Positions 12,998 through 26,443 of a stretch of DNA of 64,000 nucleotides are shown piece by piece. Origin of the DNA: Trichoplax adhaerens (Eukaryota > Animalia > Placozoa); the NCBI RefSeq assembly GCF_000150275.1, contig NW_002060949.1, positions 1 through 64,000 of the forward strand, written 5' to 3'. The notes under the pieces were generated by a model. It was not told the origin of the DNA. It saw only the letters and a list, made by a program, of their open reading frames with translations, and did not search any database. Made by a program: the position numbers and the translations under genes. Each line of letters starts with the position of its first letter. Positions within the stretch are counted from its first letter, which is position 1.

Positions 12998-15900
12998 ATG
13001 ACCGAAGCAGGTAAGCGATTGTATTCGATTCATGGTTGATACTCCTCCTCTTGCTATTATGATAAAGTAAGCTATCCAAGTTGCACTTACTGTATTGGTA
13101 ATTAATGGCTAGCGGAAATCGCTTGCTAATGTTATGGTAATTGACACTATGAAAACCGTTAAGAATACACATTTTGGGGCGTAGTTCTCATGCTGCTTAG
13201 CAGTACAGTACAGTAGTATTCAATTCCAATACAGAAAGGTGAACGACTTCACTTCATTAGCGACAATCTTAATATTATTACTTACAGTAGTCTACAAGAC
13301 TTTGAAGCATGGATCATTTACGTATATATAATACAGTACAACAAAATGGTGAGCTGTTGCTTATTTTAGATCGCCATTAATTTTAAATTTTTTTATTTTA
13401 TATTGCCGATCTTAGATGTGGTCATCAATATATTGTATTGTTAGTGTTAGCGCATCATACTATTCGTACTTTACGATGAATTTATGCCGATAGTTTTTTA
13501 TTCATTGATGATAGCATACAGTATACGGTGTTATACGCTATAGTGATGGCATCCTTTTCAGTAGTCCCCTACTGTGTATAGCAATATGCGAAAACTTGCG
13601 AGAATGCAGATAGCCGTACCAAATTTCAGCCTGGCTACGATCTTTCGAAACTACATATCGGAATGCGCAACAAAGCACTAACCATCAACTTTAACTTTAC
13701 TTTTAACCTATTACTAAAACCCTCGCTCACGCTTACGTGTTAAATATCCCTGGAAAATTTGCTGCTTAACCTACACAGACATAAACTTCATTCACTTTCC
13801 TGTTGAATCTTTGGATTCTTAATGGTGACTTAGATTTTACAGCAGTCAGTTAAATTGTATGTTATGGCATCTGATTTAAGTTTTTAGTACTGTCTTCGTT
13901 GTAGCGCGGGCCTACTTGCAAATTTCTAAAGTCATATTCTGACTGTATATCATACGCGCGCATAGTCGTATAGAGTAATGCCCATCATTCATAGTATAAT
14001 TATGAATGCTGCATAGCAAGAATTATTATAAGATTGATGCCCACAGGAGACTGTACCGTCTTAATTCTAATCATAGTAGGGTTGCAATTACCCACAGGCC
14101 TTTACAGTCTGTGATGTCGATTGACTACAAAATGAAACTACTGTAATGTGAATTGTGCATTCTTTTAATTTCTTAAAACAGACACCTCCCGCGCTTTAGC
14201 TGTACTCAGCAAGTTTCACAACAAGTTAAAAACTGATGGATTTGAAAGTCATGCCCAGAACCTATCAAAGGTTCGAGACATGTTGCAGCATCCAGTATTT
14301 GGCCATCTACTAAATATGCAATCTTCAATGGGTGACATGATAGAAAAGGTTTGTATTTGTACTATACACTAAAAATCCTATTTTGATTATAGTAATTATG
14401 ATAAACAATCAATAAATGTGCTGACTTTATGTAATAGTACAGTATGGTAATGAATTTGCTTGTAAAAGCATAAGGCATACCGTTACATCGTTGTCATTGT
14501 AAATATGCATAATAAGACGAGTTGCGCTTGTTTAATATTAGCTCCGAAAAGTATTGTAAGCATCCCTGCAGTACGTTAATAGTGACGCTTTTCTGCCCTG
14601 CAAGTTATAAAATTCAAGTTGTCATCTTAATTTATTACCAGGAGCTAAAGTTCTAATTTAGTTCAAACTACAGAATGTTTATTAAAATCTAGTTCAATTT
14701 CAACATACATTTTATGAATTATAGATTAAAGCTAGCGTTGGCCTTGACACTTTATCTGCCAATGGAAACCATCAACCAAATGACTCCTATAGCAATGGTC
14801 ATGCTAATATAGACCCGGAGAATGAAGCAGTTGAATCCAATCAGATAAAAATGGATGATCACCAAATAGATCCCCACAGGGATGATATACACTCACAAAC
14901 TTATCCAGAAACATATGAACCTGAACATAACGATAGACCGCAGTATCCTGCCGAAAATGACTATGATCAGGGCAACACTTACCATTCCACAGATGCTTAT
15001 GAACATGAGGTGAATCAAAGTGATGAAAGGGATTTCACTAATTATGCAGAACATCATGACGAGTATCCACTGCATCACAATGTTGATGACGAACACTTTC
15101 AACAGAACCATCCTTACATTGCTGACAATCATGAATATCATGATGAATATCCTCTTCAACACAATGGTGATGACGAACAATTTCAGCAGAGCCATCCTTA
15201 CGTTGCTGATAACCAGGAAATGCATGGATTATATTCTGAAGATCATGGAGATTATCATACTAACGATATCGAAGCTTCATCTAATTACGATCATTTAATA
15301 CATGAGGCCCCTATCGTCGATGCTAACTTACAACAGACGGAGGAATTACCAACTCATGAATATGACATAAATAATGATGATGAAGTGCCTTATGGATATG
15401 AAACTGACCCACATGCTCTTAACCAAGTGAAATTAGAAAATCACGATGTCCCTGAAAAATATGTTCAATATCAGCAGGCTCAGGAGGATCATAGTCAGCT
15501 TGAGCCTCAATATCTAGAATATCAAGAAAATGAATCTGACGCGATAGGACATCATGATAGTCAGCATTTTCTCAGTGAAAATCAACATCAACCTTATGAA
15601 TTGCATGACAATAATTACAACAACGAATTAGGTGATGAACCCACATCACATATGCCTACAAACATGGCAAATGAAAATAGTGAAGAAATTGAATCAGTAC
15701 ACGGTGAAAATGCAACAGAAGTTAAGGCTGCGAATATGATATTGCCATCTATGGATGATCATGACTTCCAAGAAGCGATGCAAGTTGCTGCCCAAGGTCG
15801 AATGATTGAGGTAATAACCTTGCTTAAACCACCAAATGGAAGCCTTGGATTTTCTGTTGTTGGTCTTAACAGTGAAAGTCACGGTGAGCTGGGTATTTTT

Positions 15901-18900
15901 ATACAAGAAATATTTCCGGAAGGAATTGCAGCAGTAGATCGTAGACTGCAAGAAAGCGATCAAATCTTGGCTATCAATAAAATTCGCATAGATAGTGGTA
16001 TACCTCATCACGAAGCAATAAAACTACTTCAGCAGGCCTCTGGGGAAATCGAATTAGTAATTGCCAGAGGTGAAGGTACCGAATCTCCTAGCTTATCGCG
16101 ATCTTCTTCAATAATGGAAGATCATATGAATGAAATTCGTCGACGTACATTATCGACGACAAGCGCTTCTTCGCAATTGTCTGCTAATATTCAAAACCGT
16201 GATGGACCCAAGTGGCGTCAATTAGAATTAATTACTTTGTATAACGATGGCTCTGGTTTAGGTTGTGGTATAATTGGCGGACGTAATGCTGGTGTTTTAG
16301 TAAAGAGCATACTTAAAGGTCTAGCGGCTGATCGAGACCAACGCTTGAGAAGTGGTGATCAGTTACTACAAATCGATGACGTTGCCCTTAAAGGTATGTC
16401 CAGTGAGCAAGTAGCAGGCGTTTTTAAACAGTGTACTACTACGGTAAATTTAATAGTTTCCCGCAAGTCATCTTATGAGCCACCACTAGATGGCCGAATT
16501 CATTCGACGGTTCCACTAAAGACCTATGACATGTATGTTAATTATACTCCTCAAGATGGAATAGATGTTCTTGTTGGCGGCTACATTGGTGAACAGATAA
16601 GTGAACAATTAAATGGCTTATTTGTTATAGGTGCTGCTGACGGTGATATCACATCCATTAGTAGTAAATTAAATAAAAATGATCAAATTGTGAAAGTTAA
16701 TGGGATAACTGTTGTTGGTGAAAGTGCTCTAACCATTTGCGACTTACTAAGAAATAGTGGCGACAGGATAACGCTTACTATGGCAGATTCTTCACCTGAT
16801 ATACAAGTTGATGCAACTGCTGAAGTACAAAATGAAGCGGTGTCGGAGCGATACGATGAGTTAGCAACTGATATCCAAAATGAACTGATTTCGGATACAC
16901 CAGCGGTATTACCCCCTGATAGTTATGCTGAGCCAGAGGAAGTGAACACGAATGAACCAGTAAATCTTTTAGAAATGAGACTTGTAGAAGCAGCCCTATC
17001 TGGCTTAAAAACTGACGGACGCGTTGATGATGAAACGCTCGAAAAAATGAAAGCCAAATGGCAAGAAAAGATCGGGCTTGATAAAACGATTGTCGTGGCT
17101 GAGCTCTGCGACTTTGATCCTGCGGGAGGACTAGGCATCAGCATAGAAGCGAAATCCTTAGATACTGAATCACCAGAACACTTTATACGATCAATTACTG
17201 AGAATGGAATTATTGATCGCAATGGCGTGCTAATGGTTTACGATAAACTCCTAGAAGTCAATGGAAATCAAATTTCTGGACTCTCAGATAAGAATGTTAT
17301 TGAAGTCATTCGTTGTCTGCCATCATACGTCTACATTGTAGCTGCAAGAGAGTTACAACCAATAGAGGAAACAACTGAATTTCAAACTGCTCACCAAGAT
17401 GAAGCAGCGATTGATTTTTCATTCATGGATGATGAAGATGAAAATGATTCCCGAATACAGCCGCCTGAAATTACTGAATCTACAGATGCACCTATCTCTC
17501 GAAATTATCCCATTAATCGAAAAGCTTCTTTAGAACAGTTTGCCACTACAGCAAGATGGAAGGACAAACCAATGGTTATAGAATTGGCTAAAGAAGACCA
17601 TGGATTAGGTTTCAGTTTGTTAGATTATTTTTCTGTTAACTTAGGCTCCAAGATTATACTAATAAGAAATGTAATAAAAGGCGGAGTAGCTGATACTGAC
17701 GGAAGGATACAACCTGGAGATCGACTAATATCTGTTAATGGAAAGAGTCTTGAAAATGCAAGCTTAGATTATGCAGTTGAGATGTTAAAGTCGACAGCTC
17801 ACGGTATTGTTCGTATAGGTATTACGAAGCCAATCACAGCAGTACCTCAACGTATGTCCAAAGGTTTGATTATGGAATCCGTTCCAGAAAATGCAATTGA
17901 ACGTAGCGATGCAGAAGCAGTTTGTAGCACTGATACAGAAATGACAGAAGGTACACGAAATAACTATCGTGATAAAAGACCTACGCCTTTAAATATTACG
18001 GAACCAGATGAAGGCATTACTAATACCTCAGAACCAGTTATTCCTCCTTATGTAGAATACATTACTATTGATAAAGGGAAATCTGGTCTAGGGTTAAATA
18101 TAATGTGCGATGATTACGGGTATGGTGCTGTGATTAAGAACATTTTACCAGGTGGTGCCGTTGAAAATGATAGCAGACTAGAAGTTGGGGACATTATCAT
18201 GGTAATCAATAACAAAAGCGTCATTGGACTCAGTTCTATAAAATCAAGAGCAATTCTTCGTCGATGTACTTTACATGGAGATCAAATTTCTTTCGGTATT
18301 TTAAGGAAGAACCTCGTAGGTAAAGTTCCTGTCCCAGAGCCTACAGATTATAGTCCATCGAAAAAGCTTTCAGTCAAAAGAAAGAATCCCACCCCTAGAG
18401 ATATTCAACCGTCTGCTGCTATTGATACTGTTGCTGAAGTTGCGGTAGTATCGCAATTAGTTACGGATGACAATATCCCCGATCCAATTCGTGAAGATAC
18501 AATTATACCTAGTCAACATGAAACTGTCAAAGATGCACGTATGCCTGACTTTTCTCAGTTTGATGCATCGCAAGAAGATGTATGTGATGCAGCAGATACT
18601 GATTCAGCTATTGCCGTTATGGCATCAGCGGAAACATATCCCAGTGAAGAATTCATGGTAAGTTTGTTATTCTATGCTAACATCAAACGTAACAATATAG
18701 GACCAATAGTCTATCAATATTCTATTAATTGCCATATATAATCTATATCTAAGCGTACGAATGTAACATTTCTCTGAAATCTTTAACTGCCTTATTTACC
18801 TTTTACATTATCTGTAGGACGACAATACCGCTAATACTATTCAGTCCTTTCCGTTTCACAAAGTCGTTGAATTATATAGAGATCCAAGGACTGGCTTAGG

Positions 18901-21792
18901 AATTGGAATAGCAGCTGGGAGTAGTCAGGGTGATGTGGAAAGTTCGGAAAGTATTAAAGGAGTGTTTATTCGTCAAATTAAAGCAGATAGCCCAGCTGGA
19001 AGATGCGGCATGTTGATGCCTGGAGATAGATTGCTACAGGTTAAGAAATAATTTTTTATAAGCAAAGTAACCACATCTTTTATTTATAGATCTAATGTAA
19101 TCAAAATTTTAATAATCGATTATATCAACAGGTCAATCACGTCGATGTAAGCAATGCGACTCACGAGGACGTCATAAATGTAATTCGTAATTCACCCGAC
19201 CCTGTAAGGATCGTTGTGCAAAGTCTTATTGCAACAAATGATGACAGCAATGCAAACACGGACAAAAACCACGAAAACGATCATAGCCCGGTAGAATCGA
19301 TGCAAGTATTAGAGCCAGTATCAGTTGTCCCATCTGCTGCTACCTTACAGCAATCCGTTGTGGTGGTAAATTTTTTTAAAATATACACTTTTATGAGTAT
19401 TGCTTCCGCTATTGTCAAATGTTCAAATATCTTTAACATTTAACAGGCTGTTCCTGAATCTGTGCCAAATAATGAAGATCAAATAAATGTTGCTGGTAAC
19501 TTGAGCGAAACTATTAACGATGTTGATCTAAGCCCTGAAGAACAAATCATGGAAAAATATGATATAGATCGTGGAGACGTTTTTATCGTACAGCTATTCA
19601 AAGGAAGTAGTGGTCTCGGAATAAGTATCACCGAGAAAAAATATCAGGATTCGCCGAGAATATTTGTCGCAAACGTTAAACCAGACGGTCCTGCTGGTTT
19701 AGATGGGCAAATCAGCCGTGGAGATGAACTATTAGAAGTAAACGATGCTGTACTACGCGGTAAGCAGCAAAAGGATGCTTTAACAATTTTAAAAGGTATG
19801 CCAGCCGATGTTAAACTAATTATATATCGGCCGCTATGGGAAAAGGAAAGACGATCTTCTACCTTAAAACAAGAAATATCAGAAGAAACACCTAACGTGG
19901 TTATGAAAAATTCTGCATCATCCGAAAGTCTTACGGTACCAAGAAGTCGATCGTATGCAGATCTCTCTCCTGCAGCAAGTCCTACAGAATCTACTCTCAT
20001 CGTTACATTAATAAAAGACAGAGTAAAAGGTTTAGGAGTTGCAGTTGGGGAACCGAGAGGAATTGAGAAAAATTCAGGTCACTACGTTATCAAAAATATT
20101 GCAGAAGGAGGAGTTGCTGCACGCGATGGTAGGTTAAAGGTCGGAGATCGATTATTAGCAGTTAATAGAAAGTCTATAACTGGTTTGACATATCAAGAGG
20201 CAATAGAAGCTTTGAAAGAAGCTGAAGGAGCAGTTACACTTACTGTGTTATCAACGAACAGCGGCATTAATGTACCTATTAGCCCATTTGCTACACTGCC
20301 TAGAAATTTAGAAGGTGCAGCTAGATCATCTGATCCTGGTGATTCTCAAAAGGAAAGTACCGGAACTACGCCAACAAATGCAAGTCCAGCAGAAACACCC
20401 ATTATTAAAACTCCACCTATCGACTTTGATGATGCTATATCTCTTCGAACTTGTCCTGTTATCCCTGGGAAAGAAACTGCAATAGAAATTGACAAGGGTG
20501 ATGGTGGCCTTGGAATAACAATTATTGGAGGTGCTAATACATTGTTAGGTGCTACCGTAATATATAAGATATATGAAGATGGTGCTATATATGATGATGG
20601 GAGATTACAAGTTGGTGATCATATTCTAGAAGTAAATGGAGTCAATTTACGCAAGGCAGATCATGATGCAGCTATAACAGCATTACGTATTGCTCCTCCA
20701 GTCGTAAAGCTATTGATATTTCGTGAAAATGCTGATACTGCAGCTTTTCGTGATGATATTCTTGATGTTTTTACCGTTGAACTTCGGCGTAGCTCTTCGG
20801 AGGGACTTGGCTTTAGTATTATTAAAGGTGGAACAGAAAATGAAATTTTTATTTCAGATATTGTCACTGGTGGGCTAGCAGAGAAAGATGGCAGATTGTT
20901 GGAAGGTGATCAAATTGTCGCTATCAATGGAATAGATGTGCAAAAGCAGACCCATTTAGAAACTACTAAAATTCTGAGAGATCCGAAAGGCACGGTGCGT
21001 TTAACGATTAGTCGATTGAAGGCTGGATCAGTAGCTGGTTCGGTAATGTCAGCATGGCCGTCTACAAGTAGCCTCATTGGTAGCGGACTACATTCGAGTA
21101 CTGATAGTCTACTTGGAACCAACCTTGCACAAAAGGTAGACAATAAAGTTAAGATAGTACAACTGTTTAAGCGTAATCCGCAAGATTCATTAGGGCTCAG
21201 TTTCTCGGGTGGTGCTGGAAGTCCTCTAGGTGACGTACCCGTAACCGTAGTAATTGTTAGACCTGGGGGATTGGCAGCACAAAATGGAGAAATTAAAGTG
21301 AATGATCAAATTCTAAAAATCAATGGCCAAAACTTGGATGGATTAACCGACGTTGATGTGGTTAAAATGTTAAAAAAAGCTACTGGTACAATAAGTCTAC
21401 AAGTCTTATCCCCCGAATCTGATAAGACTAAGACCAGAATATCAAGTTCAACATCATCTGAATTGGTCCCATCTCCTAATGTGAAAGATATACCAACTAC
21501 CATAGACACAGATAACACTACGCTCAAAGAATCTAGACAAGTTATTTTAGAACGCGGCGTCGATGGTCTTGGTTTTAGCATCGTCGGTGGCAATGATAGT
21601 GTACAAGGCAACTTGCCAATATTCATCAAGCAAGTTTTCCCTTGGGGAGCAGCTTCTAGAAGTCAAGAGCTAAAGGCTGGTGACCAATTAATATCAGCAA
21701 ATGGTCACAGTTTACTTAATGTTTCACATGAAGAAGCAGTAAACATACTTAAAGGCAGCAAAGGGAGTTTGGTTTTGACTATATCATCGTAA
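12998..21792 (+). CDS. MPDZ: Multiple PDZ domain protein (MUPP1/PATJ family): L27 + 13 PDZ domains
   Basis: Exons 12998-13010 (MTEA), 14182-14348 (L27: DTSRALAVLSKFHNKLK...MLQHPVFGHLLNMQ), 14725-18657, 18818-19039, 19132-19365 and 19447-21792; all GT-AG and frame-consistent. Thirteen GLGF-type PDZ units counted (SLGFS, GLGCG, degenerate PDZ3, GLGIS, GLGFS, GLGLN, GLGIG, GLGIS, GLGVA, GLGIT, GLGFS, SLGLS, GLGFS). The 13-PDZ count favours MPDZ over the 10-PDZ vertebrate PATJ. Confidence 0.93.
15052..15219 (+). repeat. Coding tandem duplication, 2 x 84 nt (28 aa), in MPDZ His/acidic insert
   Basis: HHDEYPLHHNVDDEHFQQNHPYIADNHE / YHDEYPLQHNGDDEQFQQSHPYVADNQE. Confidence 0.9.
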
Positions 21793-24700
21793 TATTATAC
21801 TAAGCATCAAATCAGGCCATCAAACCTTCTTGTATAGCGGTATTATCGTTATTGTAGGGTCTCGGCCTTTCTGATAGGTTACCCGTTATAACCGTTAAGA
21901 CATCTGCAGCGATGACATTTCGTGATACAAGTTTGTTAATTTATGGCCTTTAACATGCACACTATAATACTAATTGATATTATATCTTAATATTGTAAAA
22001 AATATCAGTGTAGAAATTATTACCGAAAATAGCTGACCTTACTCTATAATCAAACTAGGATGCAGTTTATAATACAATAGAGCAGCTATATATAGAAATG
22101 ATGGGAGAATTTATGTAATTGTATAACTTCCAATACAACGTACTTTTTCAACAGATAATACAGCATTCTATTTACTCGAATAGTTATTTTTAATTTCAAA
22201 AATTTCATGTTATGTACGTAATACACTACAGAACGGGATTATCTAATTACAAATGGAATATTATGATCAACTTTACCTTTTGCCTATAGCAGTGCATGAT
22301 ACTATCAGGAAGTAACTTCTAATAAGATTTTCAAAATTGTACCATCAATTGCATGTTTTATCCATTCGCTTGCACTATGGTCACCTAGAATATAGTTCTT
22401 CATTCTTTTCGTTATGTTAAAATATTTCGATTGTCAAAATTTTATCTCTGGCTAGTTGTAATATCATATACTAAGCACCTAGTTACGTCCTCGGATAAAC
22501 ACTTCGTTATTAATAACGTTTAAAGCAATAGATATTTTCATAAATTTGTGCAGTTTTAAGAATTTTTATTGAATTACTGCTTAAGCTCACTCTTATACTT
22601 ACTGTAATGTTGGAATTGAATTATAAATATTTGTATTAATATTCATTGATTTCGCACATGAGATCAATTACCAAATTATTGTAATAATTATCCTTTGAAT
22701 GATACTTTTTTCTGTCAGTTAACATCTATGGTACTCTTAATGTAAAAATACTAAAGTAGGTACGGTTCAAATATTATAATTAACAAATTGTAAGATTTTA
22801 AATAATTAACCGGTATCAACGATGCGCAGGATATCCTAGTAAAGGTTACATATAAAATTTATTATCATTACGTCGTTTGGTGTAATGAATTGACAATACT
22901 TAAGAAAGTAAAATAAACGATTTTCGTCAAAGAATGACTAGTAGAATTGTCCACGACCACGTCTAATGTAGTTATTATTGATGGTGACAGTTTTTAAAAT
23001 TTTATTCAATGATTATCTTGATTTAATGATGAAACCGGCGAAACTATGCTAAAAAATTTTTAGGCCTTTCTTCCACATACACGAACGTGAACCCAAGTTA
23101 CTATATACGTCAGTGCTCAACGATATAAAATACTGAGATAATGGCTACTTCAATCGCTATCAAAGCGTAGTGAAACAGCATTCGTGAATTATTACCATCG
23201 TTATCATAAATAGATTTGTAAGTAACAAAGGAATCAATGAAGTTATTCCTAACTTCAGTCTTATTATTAATCATCGATACATTAAAAATAAAGTGAAATT
23301 TTTATAGTTACGCGACACCCATGTTCTGTTTCGATAGATATTTGTAATAGCACTAGATACTTTATGAAATATAATTATAAACATGCAGTATCTTTCACAA
23401 CTACGATATCATTATCTGACAAATACGGTAGAATACTTTTGTTATCTATATTAATATTAGATTTAATATATCTATAATTATCAGAGGTGCCTACAAGTAG
23501 ATAGAGTCTAATCGCTATGTATTATAATACTATCGCAGAATAGAATTCACATCTTGAACTCTTACCGAAATATCTTAATTTTTCTTACAATTTTACCGCT
23601 TGTTATATGCAAGGGCTTTACTATGGACTACCAGATATACTGTAGATACGTTTAGTATCCGTGGCTTTACACTGTACCTTAAATTCATTTTGTGGATTAT
23701 GGATAAGAAATTTAATTATATTCCACTTTTTGGATACCGGCATTTGAAATCTCTTGCAAAAAACATCATATTGTACTTTTTAGATAAATTCATTTCCTAA
23801 ATCACACCAGTAGATACGAAATTCTATCATCTACGTCATGGCATACGATATCTGAGTTCTCCTTCAAATCAATTATAATCACTATAATCTATCGCATGAA
23901 ATACTGTTACGCAGTACTCTAGCATTAGTAGATTTTTCTTATCTAATGTACTCATACTGTAATTTACAAGATATAATTATGTAGCTAAACAGCATTCTGT
24001 AACTAATTATATATAAATCTGAAATTTTGTTGCAATCATTCAGATAGTCAGATAGTCCTTAGTAGAGGTTAGACGAACCTAACTTATGTAATAAAGTGAA
24101 ATTTACAAGAAACTGTAGTTCTTAGTTTAACGTTGAAGATCATTTTATCGTACAGTATACGAATATGTACCGATAATGTACGAGTAAATGCGAGATATTA
24201 CCATCTCTTAGGTTAAATCTCTTGGTACATATAAGTTTTCATCCATTTGATTATTGCTACCTGTTGCGCGAAATATCGTTACACTGCGCATTATTTTAAG
24301 ATTTATTTGTTGTATGATGAAAAACAACAATGAATCAAAGAAAGTTGGGTGTGCTTGATGCGTGAAATATATTGGTTGAAGCTAGCACTCACGATTTTAG
24401 TATCCAGCTGCGTTTAGCAATAATGGTGTAACTTCAAACCTTAATTCATAAATTCCAAAGTATCTATATGTGATTCAATAGCACTTTAATAATAGATATA
24501 GATATTGTTATCTCTGAAATACAATCTTATATTTTATAGATAATTGGATAATTTTCGTTAGTTTATTTAAGTAAAACATACGTGGGATATTATTTAGCAA
24601 CTGCTGTACTTTCAATTAAAGCGGATATGAGTTTCAGCGCTGTTATAAATTAAGAAAAAATCGTAAAAGACAACGATCACATTTATTAAAATCTTATAAG

Positions 24701-26443
24701 CTCTTCATTTTAACAGTAATAAAATCGGTTACTATTTTTGTAACTACAAATGATATGATTCAATGATAATTTTTCTTTTCAATTTTACTATGCAGTAAGC
24801 TTAGCTATTATGATGATATTGTTTAACGCTAACAACAAAAGCTAAAAGAAAATAATAATAAAATACAATATTGGGTGGTATCCAACTATTAATATAATTT
24901 GAATATATACTATAGCAGGATAGCACAGCTATTATGATCGAATTTTCACGTTATAAAATCATGATGAATGGCTACACCGTAGACAATAGACAAGATTGTG
25001 GCATGCCTATTTGATCTTGTATCGTGTTTTGTCTTGTACTGTATATTCTTGCGCTTTCTAGCATTGCTACCCGTAGTGTTATCTAGTAACTTAATCACCT
25101 TTCGGCGTTGATTGCAATAGATGTATTTAGTGATTTTAAATTTCCAACGTTTATAGACCAGAACTTATTTCAAAATGTTTTTCGCGACAAAGAAAATGAA
25201 CTTTCAATAATTTGATGAAATTACTATACCTGTATAATTATAGTATATTGCAATATTGCGAATAATAAAATAGCTTTTCGGCCGAAATTTTCTTATTCTA
25301 ACATATGCCTGTCTCTATAACAAATAATAGTATTTTGATATTCCTAGTACATCGCACTAAATTAATGGTAATAAAAAGCTATAATGCATAAAAATAATGA
25401 CAGGAATATAAGCTTTCTAATCGATTTCGCTTAAAATCTAGCGTAATATAATTAATGTGACTATTAATAAGCATAACATTCCCCTATTAGTATGGCAAGA
25501 GATTAATCCCGACATGTAGCTATAGGATACATTAAATAAAATAATACAATAAACTTTTTGATGGTTTTTTTCGCAGATTGTATATACCATAGGCACTACT
25601 GAATAGTACTAGATAGCAATAATCTATTCTAATAAATTGTGCAAAATTATAACATTCCGATTATTAGATATACATAATAAAGCGATTGACATAAATTCCT
25701 TGATCGATTTTTTTCTTCCATAGGACAATGTACTGTTTTCTACAACTGATTAATACGTGCAGCAACTAATATCGGTCTTGCTTGTTAATTGCACAAAATA
25801 ATATTTTGAATTGTAAGAGACAATTGAATGACCTTATACAGATATTTAGTTATAATTACTTACTAATTAATGAGGTATCTATTCTTTGTATTTTTACTTA
25901 TATCAATAGGCATCTAAAATGTGTAAAATGATGGTACATAACTCTTTGAATGCTAAGACCTTGGGATAAATACAATTCGTTGTTGAGTTATTAATATAAT
26001 TTAACTATTTCGTGTCTATATAGCCTCCTTTTCGTAAACGAGTTACCTTTTTAATTTCGATAATTCTATTGCCATGGCAGTTCTAAATTAATTTAAAGCT
26101 ATTGTTACTATATTGAATAGGATGATAATTAAGCTATCATAGCAGATTATCAATTGTCTAGGATAACGTCTAACTTTTGTTGTGGTGCTATCACTTCCTA
26201 TACCGATATGTATAAGTTGTTTACACTGTTACCGTATTTGGCATTATCAATTCATTCGATTACAGTATTAGACTAGATTGAGATGTTTGCCGGTTACGTT
26301 GGTCGATTAGTATCTAGACGTAGAAGGATATTAACACGATCTACTTATTTTAGTCGAGTAAGCCTAAATCTGGCAGCTAACCTATAATCCTTACAAGATT
26401 GACTAATAGATAGAACAGCAACAAATTAGTCATTGATGCCAGC

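Noticed and set aside
14893-21629. Antisense and alternative-frame ORFs overlapping MPDZ (e.g. 14893-15225, 15020-15298, 19644-20000, 21306-21629)
   Set aside because: Shadow ORFs produced by the codon bias of the long MPDZ exons; no recognisable domains.
21800-26400. 4.6-kb AT-rich intergenic region
   Set aside because: No supportable exon chain, RNA gene or repeat recognised by eye.
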